From contig NW_025963779.1 of the NCBI RefSeq assembly GCF_023055435.1, positions 1,736,001 through 1,800,000 of the forward strand: 64,000 nucleotides of DNA. The letters are read 5' to 3'. Origin of the DNA: Haliotis rufescens (lineage: Eukaryota). The translations under genes were made by a program, and so were the position numbers. The notes under the pieces were generated by a model. It was given only the letters and a program-made list of their open reading frames with translations. It made no database searches and was not told where the DNA came from. Positions 55,031-64,000 of this stretch are shown here, piece after piece; position 1 is the first letter of the stretch, and each line of letters starts with the position of its first letter.

Positions 55031-58000
55031 ATGAAGATTGTCGTCGTAGCTCTTGCTCTTATCGCCGCTGCTCAGGCCAGCGACGTCCTCGAATTAACAG
55101 ATACCGACTTTAAATCTAAAGCTGCTCAACATGAATTGACCCTTGTCGAGTTCTTCGCACCGTGGTAAGTTTGGATGCCTGATACGTGCTCACGTTTCAA
55201 CAATCTTCATTCAATTCCATTATAAAACTCCTTAGGCCTGCTTATTTTCCACATTCACGTCTAGAAGTATTAACATAACACTTTGCTGTGCCGACATGTA
55301 TAAGAACGATGAATGATGACACACTGTCAGCATACCAAGTGTGTGTGAATACCTCTCATGGGCCTACAAACATGGTAAAGTTACATAGAACATTTATTTT
55401 CCTTTATTGCTGAACTGATGTGTGGAAGGCAGAAAATGGTGTTTCATTTAGGGATTAAACAATCAAATGAATTGGTAGTATTACTTAATCACAGTAATGG
55501 CATACCAGGTTTAACCGAAGATAAATTGTAGTCTACTTGAAACTTTAAGGGTAAATAAACTTTGTAATTTTTAGTTTTGGGAAGGTAAATAAAGTTTTGG
55601 GAAGGTAAATAATCAGATAGTGTTGAGTATTTTTTCTATTTACGCAATGGACAACCAGCTAAGCTAAACACTGATTTTCAATTTTCAGTTTTGGTTTTTA
55701 GCATGTCTAGCTGACAATAACTTCCTTATGTTGAATGTACACGTCACTACTGGGAAGAGTCTAGTCATTATTACAAAGTACTTGTACTAGCTGTTAAGAT
55801 AATTGGTCTTGAAGAGCTGATATGTTTATTAGTCAAGCAATTGTTTCCTGGCCAAAGCAGCCATTGCAATGACACTTGACATGTTTGTGATGACAGTTTT
55901 TAATATAAAATGGTTTTGAGATTGTCAAAAGCTACAAGAGTGTTATCACAATGACATATGGTAGTATCAGATATTTGTTTTACGTTCGGATATTGATTAG
56001 CTTTGAAAATTAAGCATTATCAATATTGTAACTGGGGGTGTTCATGAATAACACGAGTCATTATTTGTGATGAAGATTTATTATCAGTCAAAACAAACGC
56101 CCTGAAACATATACTTGAAAATAAATATACACGTATATATATATGTATGTAAATATACACAAACATAAATATGTAAGAGCACATCACATTATATTATATT
56201 CATTCACATCGTCACACCGGAGACATCATAGAGATAGAAGGTAAGGTGAAATGGGGTTTAACATCGCGTCCAAGATTATTGCACTTGTATAGCGACATGC
56301 ATGCACGTGTGTGTTTGTGTGGCTGCTTGTACTAGTCTGGACTGATGCCGATTTATAGTGCTAGCACACTAAGATACCATGCCGCAGTTTAACATGAATA
56401 CCCCACTCAGAACAGTATACTGACTCCGAGCCGTCCAGTCCTTGTTTTAGCCCTTTAATGCCGAGCGCCAGACAGGGTAACAAGTACCATCTTTTAACGT
56501 CTTTTGGTATGACACGGCCGGGGATCGAACCGGGGATCGAACCCCAGACCGAACCCCAGACCGCTCTCCGGGCGGACGCTCTACCACTAGACCACGGAGG
56601 CGGTCATAGAGATAGAAAAAACTCATGCTTTTAACAAATACATTGAAGGATGTGTTATAATTCACAATACCTTTATATACATTTGTATTCCTATACATGT
56701 GTATTGTGTAATATGATAAATACAATTAATTAATTTCATTAATACCTGAAACCTGGGCGGGACCTGCGTTCACCAACACAACTGACAGGACTTATGTTGC
56801 CTGCATCTAAATACAAATACAAAAACAAATATACTCACTTAGGTAAAACAGGTTACCTTAGAAAACATGAATTATGTGTGACACATAATATACCTATGAA
56901 CGCTTTTCATTATACATAAATAACATTGTCATAAGCAAACACATACATCATAAATACATACCCACTCGCTCACTCATTCTCAAATGAAACATTTAGGAAA
57001 GGTGAAGATATACAGTGCTTGATTTCTCTTGGAACGTACTGACCTAGTTAAAACATTTACATGGCTGCAATTATGAGTATATGTAATGACCTATCTGAAT
57101 ATGTATTAAGACTATGTAACACTACAACTGATTACACAAATAGATGAAAGTATATTGTAACAATACGTATAGAAACATTACTAACCTGTAGGAAGATCTC
57201 AGTTGAAAATACTACACAATGCAGATATGTTGTCAACATGGTCAAGGTGTAGTGGCTGGTGTGCTGGTTAAATGCTGGGTGTTAGTATTTGAAACAAGGC
57301 CAATCAGGCGTCAGCTGTATTAGACAAAGGACCGACCCAAGCTACCTTCCCTACCCCACAACCAGTAGAAGTTAAATAACAGAAAACTCTGCGCAGAGAT
57401 CAAGTCGTTATGCAGAGCTGTAGAATACAGCAGCCATACAGGGTTATTTAATTTAATGCAACACAATAAAAGGTTAAAACACCATTTCATTACAAAACAT
57501 TATATGTATACAAATATATAAAATACAGACAATACACATGTATACAACACTGCCACAATATGACAGTATGTTGATATACTAAATGTGACAAGTCATGGCC
57601 ATTTGAAAAAAGGTCCTTTAGAACTGATGGTTCTCTAGACATGCTATAGCGTGGGCTAAAAATCAATGCTGTTGCCATGTCTGAACTTCTGATAAGAATT
57701 TTCCCTGATCAAAAGAGGGGTAGCCATTGTGTCCATGTCAAAGATTATGTTGGGTTTTAACTTAACTCCAGTACACATTAATACATATTTATTCAATGAC
57801 CACCAGCCCACTCATCCCACTTCATTGCTTGGTATCGGGAACATTATACATGGTATAGCTTTCCAACAGTTTTTTAGTTTTATTTGAGTATGAAACCTGC
57901 ACACTTTTCTGTATGAAGTTGACAGTATTTGTATTGTTACTAGTGCATGATCAGTGTGGTATTGGCAGCATTGTAATCACTATAACCCATTGTATTATTT

Positions 58001-61000
58001 CATGCTTGTGGAGAAAAATCTTTGATATACTTCAGTTCATGTATTGATTGCTCCTTGCAGGTGTGGCCATTGTAAAAAGCTTGCTCCGGAATATGAAAAG
58101 GCTGCAACGACTCTGAAATCAAATGACCCTCCTGTCGCTTTGGCCAAGGTAATGATATTATTGGTTGAATGAAAGCGTGCTTACAAGTAATTTGAGCTCA
58201 TCCATGCTGCTCAGTTGGGGGCTGATAGACATGTCAGAGAAGTGATGGACTACTGTACATTGCACTGCCTTTACGTCCCGCTTCCTGCAACATTTTTGCA
58301 GTTGTACAATGTTGTATGTAAAATGTGTGACCTGAAGCATACTTTACTAGAGCCATGGCAGTAGGCAAAGTTAGAAGGTATTGCATAAGCAAATTGTAAA
58401 GTGAATTGATTTCAAGCGTAATGGTCGGTTGCTTAAAAATGTGAGTGAATATAATGGTTGGAGTTATCCTTGTATTTGGAACATTGCGAGACTCCCCTTC
58501 TGCTTCCAGGTTGACTGTACTGTCCAGACTGAAGTGTGTAAACAATATGGGGTCTCGGGGTACCCAACCCTGAAGATCTTCAGGAATGGTGAATTTGCTG
58601 AAGAATACAACGGCCCCCGAGAGGCAGGTCAGTCTCAGCTCTATTGACCTGCTGTGTTTCAGAAGAGATTGTACAAGTTTGCCCAATACTGACATGCTGA
58701 TGATGAATCTGTTGAGCTTATATTGCTGAATAACCATGACTATCAATGATAGGACTGAAGCATGTTTCATCTTCTCCTGACACAATCCCCAGGCCTGGGG
58801 ATCTGAGTCTTCCGACACATGCCATCCAGGGGTGGGGATCCGAGTCTTCCGACACATGCCCCCAGGGGTGGAGATCCGAGTCTTCCGACACATGCTATCC
58901 AGGGGTGGGGATCCGAGTCTTCCGACACATGCCCCCAGGGGTGGGGATCTGAGGTCTTCTGACACATGCCCAAAGGGGTGGGGATCAGAGGTCTTCTGAC
59001 TCATGCCCCCAGGGGTGGGGATCCGAGGTCTTCTCCTGACGCTTGCCCCCAGGGGTGGGGATCCGAGGTCATCCGACACATGCCCCCAGGGGTGGGGATC
59101 CGAGGTCTTGCGACACATGTCCCCACGGGTGGGGATCCGAGGTCTTCTCCTGACACATGCCTCCAGGGGTGGGGATCCGAGGTCTTGCGACACATGTCCC
59201 CAGGGGTGGTGATCCGAGGTCTTCCTACACATACCCCTAGGGGTGGGGATCTGAGGTCTTCCGACACGTACCCCTAGGGATGGGGATCCGAGGACTTCCG
59301 ACACATACCTAGGGGTGGTGATCCGAGGTCTTCTGACACATGCCTCCAGGGGTGGGGTTCCGAGGTCTTCCGACACATGCCCCCAGGGGTGGGGATCCGA
59401 GGTCTTCTGACTCATGCCTCTGTCGGGCATACAGGCTATGACAAGACTTTTGTAGGAGTTAAGCTGTGAACGACAGTGTTATATTTGTCATTTTTCTGCA
59501 GTGAATGTAAGTGTGTGTACAAGAGTGTTCCTTGTATTGTTTGTCTTGGTTATGTCTGTAGACTGTTTGGTTGTGGTTCATGCATGCCAATTGAGGACTG
59601 ATCTTGAATCTCTGAAACAGTCTCCAAACAGAAATATCTGATGCATGGTATCTCCTTCAGGTGGCATTGTCAAACTCATGAAGTCCAAGGCTGGGCCTTC
59701 CTCCAAACTTTGTGAATCCGAAGAGGACTTGAAGAAGTTCCTGGCAGTGGAGGAATATGGAGTAGTTGGTAAGGCTGTGTGATCTCTGTTGCAAGGATCA
59801 CGAGTATCAGAATAAAGACAAAAATACGAGCCAAACAACTATTCTTTATAATATATTTTATCTTGCAATACATCCTGACATTCGACGTACAATAGTTCTA
59901 CAACAATACTAAAAGGTATTCCTGCTGCTGTGATCTTGCACCCATGAAAGTTTTTTTTTGTAACATATTCTCTTGAGCATTATGCACATAGATATATTGT
60001 TCCAGAATTTAATTGCCGTAATTAAGGGTGCATATAACACAAGTGCGTATTATGCATGAATAAATAAGTCTTGTGTACATTTATCAATCTGGGGGCTAAT
60101 TGGGATTGTTCACTAGCAAATAAGTAAGCAAATATCGCCATGGGCGCTTAGTAGAGCGGGGCGCTTAGTATGTCAAATAAGGTAAGTGCATTACACAGAC
60201 ATTGAATAGTTTTTCTGACTAATATTTAAACACATACTTCTTGCGTGTAACCGAAAATAGCGTATCACCAAATCTGTACTAAATGCCCCAAGTTGACCCT
60301 GTTATAACACCATCTGGTTATAAAGTGTTAATTGTATATGTCTTTGTTTTTGATACATTTTATTTAAAATCCCTGGTAAATTATTGGAGTTAATGTGCAT
60401 TCAGCTGATTGCTATTTATTCCTTTAAGATACAATTACATAATGAGTCTCTGAATTTTATAGATGCCTAGCATGAGGGTAAATAGAATTCAACTTTTGAA
60501 TCACGTCTAGTGTGTTTTGTTTCAAAATTCATCGTTTACTTTTTCACCAAATACCTAACACTGCTCATTTATATTGAAAGGATTGTTTTTTTAATATAAC
60601 ACGACTTAGACATAATAGATGTCCTTACTGTCTTGAGAGTCTTAATACTGTTTGCTGATCAGTTTTTAATTATTAATGTAGGACTGTCGCATTAATGATT
60701 TGTTCATGACACATTCTAGTCTATGGGTGTATAGTTGTTGATATAGGCACTCAGTTCCCCCAACTTGCTTTGCGCTGTGCCCCAAGAGGGCTATCACACC
60801 TGTAAAGTTATGTTAATTGTAAGCAGCAAATCAAGTCTTGGAACTGATGCCAATGATGAGATGACATGAGCTATTTCCTTACTCATCTGATATCCCATGA
60901 TCAGGAATGATAGGACTGAGGCATTACGGTTCCCATTATTAATGAATTACCAGAACAATCCTTTGTTTTAGGTGGCGCAATGTTTGATAATTCAGGCACA

Positions 61001-62981
61001 GTCTGTTACTTGATAGAATTATATTAACCAATCACACCCACTGCTGATTCTGTCAAGTTCCATATCTTCCTGTTTCTAGGCTTTTTTGGTTCCAAGGACG
61101 ACGAACTGGCCAAGATATTCAAGACTACGGCTGATACCATGTCCAGTGATCTGCGATTTGCTCACACATACAGCAAAGATGTTGCAAGGAAATTCAAACG
61201 CTCAGAGTAAGCTCCCTTAGAACATGTCAGCAGTCATCTGAAAAGCTTCTTATCTTTGGTGGAAAGCTTTGGTGCAGCTTATTTAATGTTAATCAGAATT
61301 GACGACAGAAGCACCAGTACTAACATGTCAAAGATGCTTTCTGCTTGTAACTGGCTACGTGCCACAGTTCACCTGTGATTTGTCATGTTCTGCGTGGTAA
61401 CTGCCTTCATGATTAATCACTCTGAAACAATGGGTGGCTTGGTTAGTATTGTTGGAATAATCAGATGAAATGTCCTGGATTTGTACTGTAAGCCTTGGTT
61501 AATTTTAGGTAATGTTCTCTTTTTCAGTGAAATTGTAATCTATAGACCCAAAAAATTCCAGAGCAAATTTGAAGACAAAGAGGTCGCCTTTGATGGGGAT
61601 GTGAAGGAATACAAAGTAAAGGCGTGGATTGAAGACACAAGGTAAGATGAGTTTGTTCTGTTTACCTGTTTAAGGAGCCCTGAATACCGTACCAGTCAAC
61701 TAGAATTCAGCTGAAACTGAATTTAAAATGTAGCTGTGCTATGTTTACATTTTCTGTCGGTTTTATTCAGATCAATTTGTAGCAAAGTTGAAGCACTGAG
61801 AACTGGTTCAGCATTATAGCCCATAAATGCTACTGGTTAATGAGGCCTATCCTCATTGGGTTTTCACCTGTCCTTGGCACAATGTAGTAGTCTCTGGCCA
61901 GCAGGCTAGCGTGACTATTGAAGGATGTATTGTAGGGGTGAAACGATACAGCAAGGTCACGATACGTATCATGGTATGTAGGTCATGATACATAATATGA
62001 TGCACATATTAACGTCCAATCACGTGGAACTTCTTGACCAGAAGTATTTAAAAGCAGTTTCAAATGGTAAAGCTAGCTGGCTAGTGGCTGTTGTAGTAGT
62101 GAACTTGAGACCTTAATATTGCAACATATTTTGTGACATTTGACTGACAAAAATGCTGTCATTAAATGAGTAGTAATGTCTTCTAGGAAGTGTCGTCTTG
62201 TATCGATACAGTTCTTCTAGGAAGTGTCGTCTTGTATCGATACAGTTCTTCTAGGAAGTGTCGTCTTGTAACAATACAGTTCTTCTAGGAAGTGTCGCCT
62301 TGTATCGATACAGGAAGAAATGCATCATGCATTGTATTGTCGCATGAAAACTCATAATGCACCGATACATTGTCTAATCCCTTTCATGGGCTTGGAGGCT
62401 GTGATCTTGGTGAACTGGGCTGGAATTTCTGGGCTCATCATAGCACCACCAGTGGCTATTACGAGTTATCTCTTCTGTGTCCCTTCTATTGACAATCAGA
62501 TTCCACCTCTCATATCACTTGCATTTGCTTCAAAAGAAATGGCTGCACACAGTCAAGATGATCTGATCGATAAACAAAATCTATATTGTAATTAAGAGGG
62601 TCTTACTTCACTAGGTTCATCAAATCATGTGAACAGTTTCATTCAAAACATGAAAAGATTTGGAAAATATCTGTCGATTTCTTTATGAGATTTTGATTGG
62701 ACTATACATAGGCTCGTTAGTCCAGCCAAAATATAACTCCTTAATTCCAGCCTAGATCGGCAAGGCTGGAAAAATGGCCTTTTGAAGTGAGTTACCTCCC
62801 CTCCCTGTGAAGATGCAGTTGGGCAAGATATACAACATTGATTTTATTTTATTTTCAGCAAGGGCCTGTGTGGGCAGAGGAAGCAAGACAACGCCGACCA
62901 GTTCAAGAAGCCTTTGTTTGTAGCATACTACGATGTCGACTATGTCAAGAATATTAAAGGAACAAACTACTGGAGAAACAG
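55031..62981 (+). CDS. PDIA3: Protein disulfide-isomerase A3 (ERp57), first 7 coding exons; the gene continues beyond the window
   Basis: Exons 55031-55164, 58061-58148, 58510-58627, 59661-59768, 61080-61206, 61528-61641, 62859-62981 (GT-AG, phases consistent). Signal peptide [58 protein letters not shown], and the PDIA3-diagnostic [19 protein letters not shown]. Confidence 0.95.
56240..56605 (-). mobile_element. Full-length tRNA-headed SINE (family B) with a 12-bp TSD and duplicated B-box segment
   Basis: TSD atagagatagaa (56228-56239 / 56606-56617). Head gaccgcctccgtggtctagtggtagagcg; ggttcg repeated about three times. Confidence 0.9.
58790..59420. repeat. GC-rich 36-40-bp minisatellite, ~17 copies, in PDIA3 intron 3
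   Basis: Unit ccaggggtggggatccga(g)gtcttccgacacatgccc. Confidence 0.93.
62180..62314. repeat. 34-bp tandem repeat x4
   Basis: Unit ttctaggaagtgtcgtcttgtatcgatacagttc. Confidence 0.9.
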
Positions 62982-63313
62982 GTGAGCCTAAAACAGGACT
63001 CCATTTAGCAACAGTAGAGGGACCTACGTAAATACTTTAAAATATCCTAGGTTTGACAAAACCGAAAATGAAGAAAGGAATACACAGGGACCTTGCTTTT
63101 ACTTTGAGACAACAGTAGGTTCGACACTTCGGTGTTTGACTATATACAACAAGCACCAGTGCAACCTATTATTGAAAAATGCAACCAAAGACTACATGCA
63201 CCAAGTGCATGTCAAAATTTGTGTCTTGACCCTGAATTGTCCACACATTGATCTTTGAACATACTCAATACCTCTTAGCTTTATTTACTTACCATACTAC
63301 ATCACTCATCTCT

Positions 63314-63456
63314 GGGGCGGTCGGGTAGCCTAGCGGTTAAAGCATTTGCTTGTCATGCTGATGACCCGGGTTCAATTCCTGACATGGTACAATGTGTGAA
63401 GCCCATTTCTGGTGTCCCCTGCTGTGGTAATGCTGGAATATTGCTAAAAGCGGTGT
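63314..63456 (+). mobile_element. Short tRNA-headed SINE (family A)
   Basis: ggggcggtcgggtagcctagcggttaaagc...gacccgggttcaattcc...gctggaatattgctaaaagcgg. Confidence 0.87.
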
Positions 63457-63668
63457 GTAATTTCTTGTGATGTGGGTACTTCAACATTATGTACTGTACC
63501 GGTAATCATGTTGCCACAAAAGTACTGTCTCTACAATCATGACAGTCAGCAAAGGATTGAAAATTTATTTAGACTTGATCATACATCTATATTTCAACTT
63601 TGATAGATTTTGGGACTAGGTTGGAACTAGATTTTCATGTCAACATGAAACTGGTTAAAGTTAAATCA

Positions 63669-63923
63669 GACTCGTGAAGATCCGGGGTAGAATAGGACTT
63701 CAGCAACCCATGCTTGCCGTAAAATGTGACTATGCTTGTCATAAAAGGCGACTAACATGATCGGGTGGTCAGACTCGCTGACTTAGTTGATGCATGTCAT
63801 CGATCCCAATTGTGTGGATCGATGCTCATGATATCAATCATTGGATTGTCTGGTCCAGACTTGATTATTTACAGACCGCCGTCATATAACTGGAATATTG
63901 CTGAGTGCGGCATTAAACAACAA
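63669..63923 (+). mobile_element. Full-length non-tRNA short retroposon, two head modules
   Basis: gactcgtgaagatccggggtagaataggacttcagcaacccatgcttg...ctggaatattgctgagtgcggcattaaacaacaac. Confidence 0.9.
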
Positions 63924-64000
63924 CTAGCCATCCAATTGGGGTAATCAAGCCGTGCTAGAAGAATTATTAGTTTGTTTGTGTTCTTGATTTAATATAAAGT

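Noticed and set aside
58234-59430. 398-aa minus-strand ORF
   Set aside because: It consists of the GC-rich minisatellite plus the antisense of PDIA3 exon 3, with no domain features.

Overview
Animal (eukaryotic) genomic DNA with spliceosomal introns. The gene and repeat content suggests a lophotrochozoan, probably a gastropod mollusc; this is inference only. Four protein-coding genes can be built by hand from GT-AG exons. NUDT2 (Ap4A hydrolase, - strand, 2 exons) lies head-to-head with a 10-exon KIF24-type kinesin-13 (+ strand, ~1451 aa). An ankyrin-repeat/SOCS-box gene has a single coding exon (- strand), and the first 7 exons of PDIA3/ERp57 (+ strand) run off the window. The rest is repeat-rich: several tandem arrays, a decayed Tc1 transposon, two DIRS-type elements with ITR+ICR ends, several MITEs, three tRNA-headed SINE families, a non-tRNA short retroposon with a structured 5' head, and a decayed Penelope-type minimal hammerhead. 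No CRISPR array, rRNA or genuine tRNA gene is supported. The main leads are the structured 5' RNA head of the non-tRNA retroposon, a 53-bp satellite derived from the core of a MITE also present in the window, the NUDT2-KIF24 divergent pairing (as I recall, also seen in human), and frame-preserving tandem arrays inside both DIRS elements.
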